Of a DNA stretch of 64,000 nt, positions 14,482-27,900 are shown one piece after another. Each line of letters begins with the position of its first letter. Positions within the stretch are counted from its first letter, which is position 1. Location of the stretch: the NCBI RefSeq assembly GCF_964204645.1, contig NC_134026.1:4053950-4117949 (forward strand), written 5' to 3'. The translations under genes and the position numbers were made by a program. The notes under the pieces are model-generated. The model was given only the letters and a program-made list of their open reading frames with translations, searched no databases and was not told where the DNA came from. This DNA comes from Tubulanus polymorphus (Eukaryota; Animalia; Nemertea).

Positions 14482-14820
14482 CATCCTCCCCCGGCAGGGA
14501 TTCGAACCTGATGGCATCGAGATTGCCACGGCACGAAACCCTGCCATAATCGACCGTGTGCGCAGATACATGCGCAGTTCAGATGATGTGATTTTTAGCC
14601 AATCAGATATCCCGTTTTATTTTAGCCCGGGGTTTCCCATTTATAGTTCTTCCTTGAAATTTGCCTCAACGATTATACAACGAGCAATCTGATTGGTGCC
14701 GCCAGTTTTCGTTCGGAAAGCTGCGCATGTACCTGCGCACCCGGTCTACTGATGCAGGGGTTCGTGCCGTGGCTGAGTGTAGCGATGCCATCAGGTTCGA
14801 GTCCCTGCAGAGGGAGGATG
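14482..14820. mobile_element. MITE with long (~125 bp, imperfect) TIRs and a 9-bp TSD, Mutator-like; copy 1
   Basis: Left end CATCCTCCCCCGGCAGGGATTCGAACCTGATGGCATCG is the near reverse complement of the right end CGATGCCATCAGGTTCGAGTCCCTGCAGAGGGAGGATG. Inverted symmetry continues inward (gccacggcacgaa, tgcgcag, ccaatcaga). Direct repeat AAGCAGTCC lies at 14473-14481 and 14821-14829. Confidence 0.85.
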
Positions 14821-15947
14821 AAGCAGTCCCGGTAGTTCTAGTAGTTCTCGTGCAGAAAGATTACTTAAATGACCCGTGGTTTGACGTATTAACTTCATTA
14901 TCGATAAAACTTTATACCATTTCATTTTACCGCTCCGTAATAACGCACGCTAGAGATTATTATGCCCGCTATTTTTCACGCGACGAATAATAAACTGTGA
15001 GAGCCTTCATAAAACAGAATCTCGCTTATCATCATAGAAACGACTCTCGTAAAAATTGAGATTTCGCCATAAATAACAAACCATCGCCATACAATACCAA
15101 ATCCTATTAACCATGCAACGGTTGAAACGTTAGTAGAAGAGTATAATATTCATCGATCAGCCGGCAACCCGGCAGAACCTGTAGAATCGTCGATGACGGA
15201 CGGGTAGATGATCAACCTGTACGCCGCTGCTGTCGAACGCTATTCTCTCAGTCGCGTTCTCTGATGAACGGAAGTAACAGTGGATTTCCATTTGAATACG
15301 ATGCCGTTGTGTTTAACCATATATTATTACCACCCGTTCTACGTTTATAGTCGAAGCTGGTTATGATATAGACGCGCGCACGGTAAGTGTATATATATAT
15401 ATAATTGTGTAAACAGGTGTGATAATCATGCGTTTATAATTGCGAAAATGGCTTCGTAAATATGAATATCGAAAGGAAAATATGTCACATAATGAAAATA
15501 ACAATTAGAAGTGATTGGAGAAATTAGCAGATGATCTTTATCGGCGTTATGTGTTGCTAACCAAAAACCACCAACAAATTATCCATTTTTAGAAATCTTT
15601 CAACATCTACGTGTGAGCTCTCAAATATCCGTTGTCGCTTCGAATCACTGCAGGCGCAAATAAGTTTACCATCACACGTAGGCCAATATATTTTCATCTT
15701 GTACATCATTTACATCATTTTTGTACGTTTGTTTATCAATATATGAGTGTGCGTGTGTATAGGTGGTGGGTGTCTACATGTACAAATCTGCGATAAAATT
15801 TGTATTCACATAAAACACCGTACACATCCTCATATCTACGTAAAACGATAAAATATCTGTAGAAATGTATATATTTGCGCGTGATAAAAAAATGAAATCG
15901 ATCATTAATAATTGATGTTTCCTTATATCGACGCAACATAATCGTAA

Positions 15948-16381
<434 letters not shown>

Positions 16382-18217
16382 CTGATATATACAGTATATA
16401 TAGCTAGAGAGCGGAAGAAGAAGAAATATTTCTGGACGGTGTTAAATAATTCAAGCGTAAGTGTGCATTCCTCCTGTTTTACTCTGTATGAGGCTGACAC
16501 ATTGATTTCTACCATGGTCAATCTGTCTATCCGTAATGTACTCACCGTATTTACCCGCAATAATTTACGGCCGCCGTCTATCGTACTTCTATATACGTGC
16601 AAGTACCTAAGTAGATATATGCTGTGGGATATATATATCACTCGATTAGCGTTTGAAAGACACGGATTCAATGCGATGATATCGATACCACCATCGTCGC
16701 ATTTGTTGCCAAAAATGTCCTTCACACCCCACAGTCAATCGATAGGCAGACGGTTACATTTAAATATAAAGACAAATTCGATAATTACGTTTTAAACATT
16801 AGGCCTATACGGAAAATCTTTAGCAATTTACAGCGCAATGTTTTCGATTATTTCGCTGATATGCATTCATTCCTATATTTGAAATACATGGTGGCCGCGC
16901 TTGGCTTCAATTGCGATTCATCATTCCTTTAATTAAACCGTCTCAGCGCTATGTATCATGCGCGTACATTTATCTGCGCCACTAAGAAAATGCGAGCAAA
17001 TTAAGAAAAAAAAACCAACCAATCTTGGCAGCAGTGTGGGGCGAAATTTCCTTAAAGAAATGGACAACGATCGGAGGAAATAATGTAAGTTAACTGACAA
17101 TATAATCATTATATAATATATCAATGATTGTTGAGTAATGAATCAAGCATGGAACGTCTGCTGCTACTGAATGCGTTTCATTCTTCGAATTTATCTGATT
17201 AAAACCATATATACCATCATCGTAATCATCCACGTGCATGCGTCATTTGCTATCTATCTAACACTATATTCGCACATGCCTTTCACTTGCCATTCGAATT
17301 CATTCGATTTCGATAAGTTGTCATATGACCTAAGCGAGCCGAGTCCATTGGAAAAATAGTTCAAAGGTCGCATATAAAACTGGTGTAACCTAACGACGAG
17401 TATAGCGTCGTTGCTGTTGTCATTTTCATTTCGTTCTACGGCGTCGTTGACGCTCATTATATCATCTGACTACTCGCTTATCGCCATCGTCAATGATAAG
17501 ATGAATTCATATCGATATGGCTAATTTCTTTTAGCACAACGGCCGTCACCACCACCCCACCCGGCGTGGCGCGAGCCATTCTATTCTACGCACGAAGCTC
17601 CCTCTCTCTCTGCGCTCGTTTGGTTGAAATCGGAGTGATGAATTCTCTTCGCTGTATCTGTTCATATATCATCGACTCGTGGTATATGAAAAAGCCGTCG
17701 AAGATTACATTCCTATAACAATAAACGGGCGTAGACGAAAACGAATGTGTTATCCGAAACCGTAAACGCGCGAACACTCATATGAAATGCTAGTTTTCCC
17801 AGAATGACGATTTTTCGATGACTGGATTGTCATGGGATTGGGCATATACGAGCATCTGGAATAATATCAAGGGTTCGACTGTATCTATTATACATGTATG
17901 TATATATGTATATATATGTATAATAGATATCGATACGCCATACGAGTCGGGTTTCGGGGAAAGGAGACATTATAGATTAACAAGAAAACTAACTTGAAAG
18001 TTTATCGACGCCTTGAAAAATAACGCATATATTGTTTATTGTCTCCAGTGATATATTTCAAATTTCTTTATATTCAGGATCAATTAAGTTTGGTTTTGAA
18101 TATATCGATAATTGAATTGAATTGACCGGCAACCAGTCTAGCCCCGATGTATTGATGACGTAGAGCACATCCTCTCAACAAATAATCATCAAAATTTATC
18201 GAAAATAAAGCAAGAGT

Positions 18218-18383
18218 TATGAAATATATGCAATTACGAGATACACTCCAAAATCAACAATCTTTATTGTTATTTTGAAACGCCGATATCGATGACGTAG
18301 TGCACGACGACTCACACGGAACCATACTAGTTATCAATCAATGTATATAAGCATCATTGTAACTGTTTTTACGGCGTCAAAAA
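18218..18383 (+). repeat. Interspersed repeat, copy A
   Basis: atgaaatatat...gaaacgccgatatcgatgacgtagtgcacgacgactcacac...gtttttacggcgtca matches 62335-62483. A partial internal duplication lies at ~18145-18177. Confidence 0.6.
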
Positions 18384-21300
18384 GACTGTGTACGCAAACT
18401 TCTTCTAAAAAAGGGATTCAACTAAGAAACAATAAATTGCTTCACTGCGTATTGAAAACTCTACCAACGGCATATTAGATTTCTGTGTGTCATCTAGATC
18501 AACGACGAATAGGAAATTATGTCAATATCACCGCTACGATGATCAATGAATGTGAAATATATCAGCGCGTTCTTCTCTTATAATGAAACATCACTCTCAA
18601 GATATGAATGCGTATGTGCGCCTTTTACCGGCTCGTTGCCAGGCCTATCAAATACACACAGAATTCGTCGTTCGTCTCTAATTCATGCCTTACTATCGTC
18701 TCATATCGTTCCTCGTGTTTCGGGCGTGTTTTTGATACGCCTTACCATCGAACTCTGTCAGTCGTGATCGCTACCCAACTGAGGCGCAAAGACCACGGAT
18801 GTGTTGGATCGATTAACAGTCATTTCAAAACACGAAAATGAAACCGTAACGTCTATTGAATGTATTTCCGTCAGTCACTTGAATCGAGAAAATAAAAACT
18901 ATACATGCTGCATATAATCCCGTCGAACAATACGTAACCGTAGCTTTTCTACTTCCATTAACTTAATTTCCTTATCGGAAAAGGATTTTACGCGCTACAC
19001 TAATAAAATGCCTTGAAATATATTCTAAGCAGACTGTTAGATAATTAAACGGTGCTGTTTTTGCATGGCTGTTGAATTTATATTAAATCTGAAGTGTTGC
19101 ATGGAGTTGAATCGAATCGATCATTTCCTCATTGATAAATGTGTGAAATATATATTGAAAAAGGTGCCGCTGGTGCTATTTCCTGTACATAGAACAGCGT
19201 AGGATGGATATAACATTACTCGTCTTAACCGCGGTCCTTTGGGGGCGGGCCACGGCGGTCGGTGACGTTACAAATGGTTCGGGTTAACGCTGTATCACGT
19301 AAACGCAACGCGTGAGAAGAACTATACGCACCATTCAATCCTCATCATTAACGATATATTCCGCGTGGCCGTTTTATGCTTACGATCACACGATTTTAAC
19401 TGCTCTGGGAAACGTTTACCGGGCAACATATCGAGAGAACTGATTTCCCAGCGGAGCAATTACTACAGAACCTACAATACACATGTTCTGACCAAACAAG
19501 TAACTTGGGATGTAACTTTCGGTTCGCTAGTTCACGAGGAAATGTATCGGGCTTAGGAAGAATAGGTATCAGTGGATCTAAACACCTAATGAATCCTCAT
19601 TAGTATGTTCTCTTAAGTATGGGACAGAATAATACACTGACGCGGAGTTCAGTATTATGTACTCGTTGAACTACGGTTCAGCGACATCGATCACTTGGGA
19701 CGGTTGTCAAGAACTCATTCTCCCCATTGATAAATATTGTATCCATCTTTATCATTCGTCGCTGATTTTATCAAATTTCGTTGCCTCGATTACCTATTCA
19801 AGATGGCTGCGGCTATTCTATAAATCAATGTTACGCGCATGTGATTTGTTTCACGGAGAAAAACTAATAAACACGCTTTCATAATATACGTAACCCACTA
19901 TAGTAACTGTTTGTAAACAAGCAAATTATCGCAGTTCATTGAATAAACAATTTTTTGTTCGGAAAAAATCAACCTCAAATCTCGGTAATTTCATTCATAG
20001 ATTTATATATCCTATTTACTATTTCGATTGCAGGCGACTTCAAGAACCGTATGACATGTTTGGTATGCTGTAGAAAACAAGACTTAAATAACTGCCGGTA
20101 AGTTCATGCGTTTTTTTAATCCGATGATAATAAGGAAATTGTATGATCACGTGAGAAAGAAACCGTAAGAGAATCAGTCGGTGCAATAGGATAGTAGTAT
20201 GACGCAGAAGTTCAAATGCGTACTCTCTTATCAAAAATATTTGGCACGTAATCAACACCCCACCCTTTCTGTTCAGACGGCGATATCAACAGCTTTTCGG
20301 CGGTTGTTTTGTTTAAATGGGGGTACCATTAACGCTAGTCTGACTAGCGTAGACTCTGCAGTGATCCGCCAGGTTCGCTAGTGGCTCTGGGCTAGCGCGC
20401 TTCAATTCCTTCTACATTTCAATTAAAATTCGATTCGTTTTTCCTCATTAGATCTATACCGTAGAAAGTGAATCTCATATCTACCCGATAAATTGTTTGG
20501 TAAGTTCCGGTTTTGGAAGCCTAAAGACCAATTTTCACTACGAATAACGCGGTGAATATTGGCGAATTGTCGCGCCATCTGGCGAGTGTCGATACCCCAT
20601 TAGAGCAATTTTGAGTATTTTTAGAATATAGGCGTTCATGCTGTAATTACCAATCGAAAGAGTGGTATGAAAGTTCGACACTTGTTTTTGTAGTGTCTCA
20701 CTTGCCTAATAACCGACGTGATTATCGAATCGAGTTTTCAGAGAGAATGCGCTGCTTAGCACATTGAAGTGGTTCAATTTCATATGCAACTAGATGCCGT
20801 TGTTATCGATATCCGACGATACGGTGCGATAAGTTCTTATTAACCCCGACCCCAATAATTAATAACCGCCCGTCTGTCATTAACGTCACTTGCACGCAGA
20901 TCGCGAAGATTACAGACCGAGGGAGGTAAATCGCCCCGTCGAGTACTAATGCTAGTGTAGTCGATCGCAGTCTTGCATTTCCTATCAATGCATTCGATCA
21001 TGTATTAATTAAAGTGAGATCATCGGGAGTTCCATTGATCGTTTTCGTCTCATTTCAAGCGTTCGCCGTTCACCATTTTAATCTATGTACGAGTATTGTA
21101 AAACGACAGTAGTTCGAGTTTGAATATATTTCACGGAGATCAAAATAGGCTATACACAGAGAAAACCAACATGAAAAGAAATTAGAATTGATTAATGTCG
21201 TTAATATGATAGATAGTTCGTTAGTTGATAGATTGTTGAGTCGCCATCCGACTACGTAATGAGATGATTGAATTCTATAGCACTTTTCTCGATTATAGGT

Positions 21301-21569
21301 TGCTTCTCGCACCTATATTTAACTATTGCATTTTATCTGAACTGTTATTCAGCTGGATCGATCTATCGTTATTGTATATTCAGACCCATATCCTTCATAA
21401 AATTGACTTCTGTAATTTGAGCCAGTTTGGACATACAATGTCCCATTGATTTTTCCTTAGTTGATTCGCGATTACGCAGAATACATATGGAAAATATCAT
21501 TCATGAAGTAAAGACCCTCAACATAATGAAAAATCTAGATGCGATTTGGACGTTTCGGCCCAAGTCTAT

Positions 21570-21903
21570 CATCCTCCCTCGGCGGGGATTCGAACCTGAT
21601 GGCATTGCCGCTAGACTCAGCCACGGCACAAAACCGAAACTAGTCCAGTGCGCAGGTACATGCGCAGGTTTGCCGCGCGAAAACTTGTGGCGCCAATCAG
21701 ATTGCTCGTTGTTTAATTGCCGAGGCAAATTTCAGGGGAAAACTAAATGGAAAACCTTAAATGGGCTTAAATGGGATATCTAATCAGCTAATAATGATAT
21801 CGTCTAAACTGTGCATGTAGCTGCGCGCTCGGGCTAGTTAGCAGGGTTTCCACACCGCGTCGAGTCTCGATGCCATCAGGTTCGAATCCCTGCCGAAAGG
21901 ATG
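21570..21903. mobile_element. Second copy of the same long-TIR MITE family, in opposite orientation
   Basis: Same termini (CATCCTCCCTCGGCGGGGATTCGAACCTGATGGC ... GATGCCATCAGGTTCGAATCCCTGCCGAAAGGATG). Internal ccaatcagattgctcgttgt...gaggcaaatttca is the reverse complement of the copy 1 interior. No TSD is recognisable. Confidence 0.82.
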
Positions 21904-24900
21904 GATTCTGCGGGACATTTTTAAACATTTAATGTATCTCATTATATCTTATCGGTTTTTACTGATCAATATGATGTTAGACAGTCGCTTGTCTGTGGAG
22001 ACCAACATGGTTACAAAGACGTCTTTCATAGCATTCTCGAATTTAAAAAAACGTGTTAAGTATCAGACTCAGTAAAGTAGACGAATCCGTCTATCCTTGG
22101 CGTCGGGCGCTAATTATCGAATGCGCGCGGGTTTTTTCTTATTTCGGCACCCATATGTCACGTTAATCCTGGCATTAGTTGGCTGGTGGTCACCATCGGT
22201 GATTGATGTTGGAAATTCTGCCATCGCCATAATTGAAAACGCGAGACGGACGTTATTATATCGGGTCAGGGGTAATGCCCCGCTGCAGATGCCTTCGATG
22301 AATGATTGGCGTTCGTTCGTGGCCAATTGAAGCTTAGTGGATGGCCATCTATTTCAGTCGAATACTAAACGTCGTCCAACAGCCGAATTGTGTCTGAATT
22401 TGTCACGCGATAGCCCTTGTTTTCGCGCACTAGATAAATGAATGCTCGCATCTTTTGCATTTTGATAAGTTATACGCGAACATGGCTGTCAAGGGCTATT
22501 TATTCCGACTGTAAATCCCCATATTTAAGCCCCTTACAACCGCCAATTCGTATGCCGATCAACATTGCAAGTGGCGCTGGCGGTTTTTTCAATGACGAAT
22601 AATCCCCTGGTGTTTTTATAATGCTTACGCATTTTTTTTTCTCTCGTCGCATCTGTGAATCGGCAATCGCTACATAATTTACAACTAGATATCGGACCTG
22701 TATTCCTTATCCGACGACACTCGCTGCCATACAGACGAAATGATGAATTCGCGATAATGATTGTCTTCGCATTAACAAATCAAATAAAATGTTCAAACAA
22801 AAATATGCACGGCGCGTAGCGAGAATTCCCGAAGACGTTGAAAATCTGCAGCACGAGTTTGATATGACAGAGAAATTAGAATTAACAGAATGTGTGCGCG
22901 TTGATGATAAACAATCACTCAAGCGTGACACATTTCTACATTTCGCGTGTGACTGTATCATCGAAGCTCCGCCGAACGTTATATTTTGAATTTATCAATT
23001 TACCTCGATTTCTCGCGAGCAAATCGATCAATTAGACGAACGGCTCAGCTCGTATACGGATAGGTTTCCTCTGAAATCCAAGACAAAAGACATTACGCTA
23101 GATGCCGAGCGTTTGTATTTGTGACAGGGAATATTTCGAAAACGTTAAGTCGGCGACAACATGTCATTGTCGCCAGTTATTAACATCGGAATCGCGTGAT
23201 TCTTGACTATCGCTAGATTCGTTTTTAGCCGGCGGGGTAATGCGGGACGTAAAAACCGTAACATGCATGCCCATTTCAATTCTGTCCCTTAATATGATAA
23301 GTGAATTTCAATTAATACGGCATTATATCACAATAAACATCTTACCGAAATTGCTCAGCCGAGAAATGGGATTTTTTTCGAAGCGAAGAAACGTTTCCAC
23401 GCTATCAGCGATGGTTCCGTCGTAGAAAACGTGAACAAAATGAAATTTCTGGCAATGGAATCATTCCGGAGATGAGATTTCAGTGCAAAGCTGTTGCCAG
23501 AAATTTCTATATCGTATTTTTATTTCATACAGAAATATACAAAGTGTCTGATATTGTGGAAAAAAGCTAGTTGGAATTCTCCTCCTCGAAAACGAATTGT
23601 GTGCGATATAAGGCGCTCAGCTCTTCTAGAGCCGCTGCTCCAAACGTCAGAGCTCCGCACGACGCGGGATTATTATCAATCAAACTCTGTCAAAATCTCA
23701 CGACTTGAAGGTTCGTAATGAACCATCCTGCACATCGTCAACACAGAAATAAAGCCGCTTTGCTCTATGCTGGCAGATCAACGAAACGCTCATTATATCT
23801 GTGAAATATCTGAGCGAAGTTTTTCGACTCCAGTTCATACGTTTTCATTCGACGGCAAATTTGAGTACAATGTAATATGAAATTGTGAGAACGATCGCAC
23901 ATGCCGATTATCATGTTGATTTTTATAGAAACGTTGCCATAGTAACGGGCTCGTAAACCTTGGTCATAAGATAATTCTCAACAATAATAATGACTAAACT
24001 TTAACGAGGCTGCGCTCGAATTTCGGATTTTTGCGGATGGCAGGTTTTCGCGAGTGAGATGCGTAGTTGAAATTATTCACGTCGATTGTGACTTCATTTC
24101 CGATTCGCATTCAAGTTTCGGGTCACGGAACTTGGATGGGGTCGCGTGCGATTATCTTTTTTAAATCTCCGTACGCTCGATGAAATATTTACGTTACACG
24201 TTACGAATAGATTATGATATGAGCTAGCTGTCAGCTGAGAAGAGGATAAAGCCATAGTGCGCGAGCGCATATTAAGATCAGATACTTTCCATTGAAGAAG
24301 CGTCGCATATAGTCGCTTGGTGAAGTGGTTTTATGTGACGTTGCCAGTTTTGACAGTTCGGTCACGATCTGAAGAGTCATCGGTGAACTTGATGGGCGTA
24401 ATCGGGCCGTGTGTCGTACGGCGTTTTATAGGTCCTTACATGGCGGCTTAATTAGGTATGGCTACTTGGCAAGGGGATGTAGTACGACAAATCTTATGTT
24501 AGTGGATCCGCGCCGTTGGAAGTCAGACAAGCGAGGCGCGTAGACATCTTCTTCATCCATCCCCCCTAAACTAATGATAAGATCGATCGAACGATTCTGG
24601 CAGATTCGTTGTTGACACGGTCTGCAAAAAGTATATGACATTCTCATTTAGACGCCACGTAAACAAAGTGTTGTTGTCTGTAATATGCGTGTTTATTTTC
24701 AAAGCCTCCAGTAGCTTCCTCGCAGCGATGCGTGGGAACATCATATGAAAACTTTCTCCTGTTACCGGCTTGATTCGTAAACGATTTAGATGGATTCGAA
24801 CGGTGGTGATATTGATATTTAGTCAGCTAAGACAAATAGTCGCCTTCGGTCGTTAGTCATTCAAATGATGGTCGTCCGGCACATTATCGAAGTGTATTCA

Positions 24901-27900
24901 CGGTGAAAGGTGTAATTGACGATTTGGGATAAATAGCCCGTAGAACGGGCGTTATCGTAGCTCGCATTGAGCGAAAATGTCGTTACCCAGGCCAGGAGTT
25001 TAGTGAATGATTCTTTAATATTCCAGATCTATTCATTCGTGTTGATGATCATACATAAAGTAAACGTCATATTCCCATTGCGTCCGACGACAATCTTTCT
25101 ACCGATACCATTTCGAATAAACCCGCCACAGTTTTAGGAACGGCAAGAAATCCAATTTATTGTCTTATCAAATGAAGCATGTTATAAGTCATCGTATATT
25201 TATTCTGTATAGCCAGGTGAATTGTGCTTTTATCGTCACTTAGGACTGATGGAAATGCTGTGAGGCATTTGGTTTCCTCGGCTTCTACCGAGTCAGTTTC
25301 ATTATTATCATTATTGAACTTCACTTTACAATGCATTTAATGTAACGTCGTGGATATGAGTCTTTACCCTACGTTTTTTTTTTGTTCGCACTTTTCTGGT
25401 TTTGCTTTCGCATCAACACAGCGGTGACGAAAATGTCAAAGGCTCATATCTGGAATGATTTTTTTTTCTCGTGTAAGTCGACGATGAAACCCATTGGGGA
25501 GAGAAATAGTCATCAAAACCACCTTTTTCCAGAAAGACTCCATGTTCGTTCGCGGTGTCGTCGCGCAGATTCAAGCCGGCTTTCCTTTGAAATGCATCCT
25601 AAATCACCACCTTTCTCAGTTTGCCGCGATTCCGTTTTATCTTGGCGCTGACTAAAGGCGAAGACACGAAAAGTACACCGCGATATCCATTTCAATCATT
25701 CAAATGACACTTAATAATTCCCCGCTAGTACGAGATAATGTCACAGTTCGAGCGGCTTCATTTGTTTAATTTTTCAAAAATGTATGGTTATTTTTGTCTG
25801 AATCGGGCGACTATCAATTACCAATTGTGAAGACGTTCGGACTTTTTCTTTGAAAATTGTCAACGTCCAAGTTGGGAAAGTATTTCAAAGTTCTGAATGA
25901 AATTCAATATTTTTCATTTCATGAAATATTCATTCATTTCTAATTTCAACGCTTTTCGATTCGTTCAGTTTCATTCTAAAATGAGACTACATGCGGCAGC
26001 GAATTGTGTAATCAATATTATTTTGTTTACTCCTACTGTATCGTGGAGATCGATCATGTTTTTCTTGATGTTTGTTTTTTGCTATTTTGGGTGTTTGTTG
26101 GGGTGCGATGATAAATCGTTATTTTATGTACGCGTTAATAGTTTGTCATCATCGTTTTGACCGCCTCCGGGTACGTGTGTTTTCATGACGTCAGCAATTA
26201 CGGATCGAACTCGTCGAGGGGTGATTACCCTTCTATTCGATCTGTTAAATCATAATGCAAATGAATTGTTTAATTTCTCCGAAAACAGTTGCTGGCCGTT
26301 GATTCACACATCGTTGGCAAAATGACACGTAACGAGAATGGATTTCTACCGAGTTTCGAAGTTTTCTTCGAGCGCTTTCTAGTTTCATATGTCTAGGAAC
26401 GATGCTGTCGCACGGAGAGCGATGACAGAGGCTAAAATTCATGAAGGGCATGAACGAAAATAGAGAAATTAGATAATGATACTGGAATTGAAACGAAAAT
26501 GGTGTAATTTTAAATGGAAAATGGCGTAATTATTTCATCCGTTCGTGATTTGTTTAATAACATTCTTTTAACGAAATTTCGGTAACCTGTGAAGAATTGG
26601 CGACATCGATGATAGAAGATTATTGATAAATTTGAGAAATCGTCAAGTACAATGTGGCAATGATTTGTTTAGGATCGTCGTGTTATGATTTATCCTACGC
26701 TAATGCCACCCTTGCCATTCGTGCTTTACGTCAAGTAATCTGCCGACAAGTGGAATCGAACATTCTCTCAAGATTTCTTATTGATAGCGTGTGGTTGCGC
26801 GATCAAAAATGACGACCAGTCAAGCACTTATTGCAAACATCCAATAAACGCAAAATCATGCTTAATAAGGTTCAGTCGTTTGAAGTCTGAGGATCCCTGG
26901 TCGGAAATCCATTATCAATGGCCAAACCTAGCGTCGATCTACTTGGCACAAAATGAATGCGCGCGACAGTGAGTCTTGAGAAAAGGCATACATAATTAGT
27001 CTTAATGGCATACGACGATAACTCTTACCACGTTCAGAAGTGCAATATATGTGATTCCCCCCATGCTGTTTCTTCTATGCGTGGGTACACTAACCATCGG
27101 CCACAGCAAAAATCGACCCGTATCTGAATGGAAAATCTTCCGACAAGTTGTTCGAAAAAAGTAGCCGGTTACGTTATTTTGAATTTCGAATTAGTATAAA
27201 AACGTTGATATCATCTACAATATCAATTTCATATTATGTGACTGTATGATCGAAGACGAATTCAGTCGGAATATAGCACACGTTCAGCAATTTTACCTGA
27301 ATAAACGCCGTTTCCATGGAAACAAGGTAAAGGGAGTTTTTATTATCTTGTATGGCGAGGGACTCTGACGATAATTCAAACCTAGTAACTGCAGAATACC
27401 GTGTATCCCGTTTCCTATTCAGTTATATACAAAATAATGTGAAAAACGTTTGGCAAAAACTTCCCCAGCCCCATCCTTATCTGCACAACGAGTGTCAACG
27501 TATAAATGTGACTAAAAATCAATAGCTTCAATGCGTGGAGCGAAATTGGAAATTTCATGAGACTTATCACCGGTTTTAATCACTGACGAATAAAAATTCT
27601 GGCAGGTTTCCATAGAATCTCTATCGGATTTTTAATAACAATATTTTCTATATCAGTCGATTAGTTTCGACGAATGAAATAGGAACGTGTCTCGTGGGAA
27701 TAATCATGTTTTGAAAAAAACAATTCTCTGATTCCTAATGTTCATTAGTATGATGTGATATTTCACACTTGCTAATTTTGATGACATAATCCATCAGGCA
27801 AAACGCGTCGTAAATCTGTAGCGACGAACAATTGATTCATAATACAGTGAAATTGAATGTCGTTTTTTTATCTTCCAATTTCGGATGGTATTGAATTCGT

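Noticed and set aside
14393-14990. Similar ORFs in two places (ILPRQGFEPDGI; ILPRRGFEPDGI at 21427-21783)
   Set aside because: The similarity comes from the MITE TIRs, not from a gene family.
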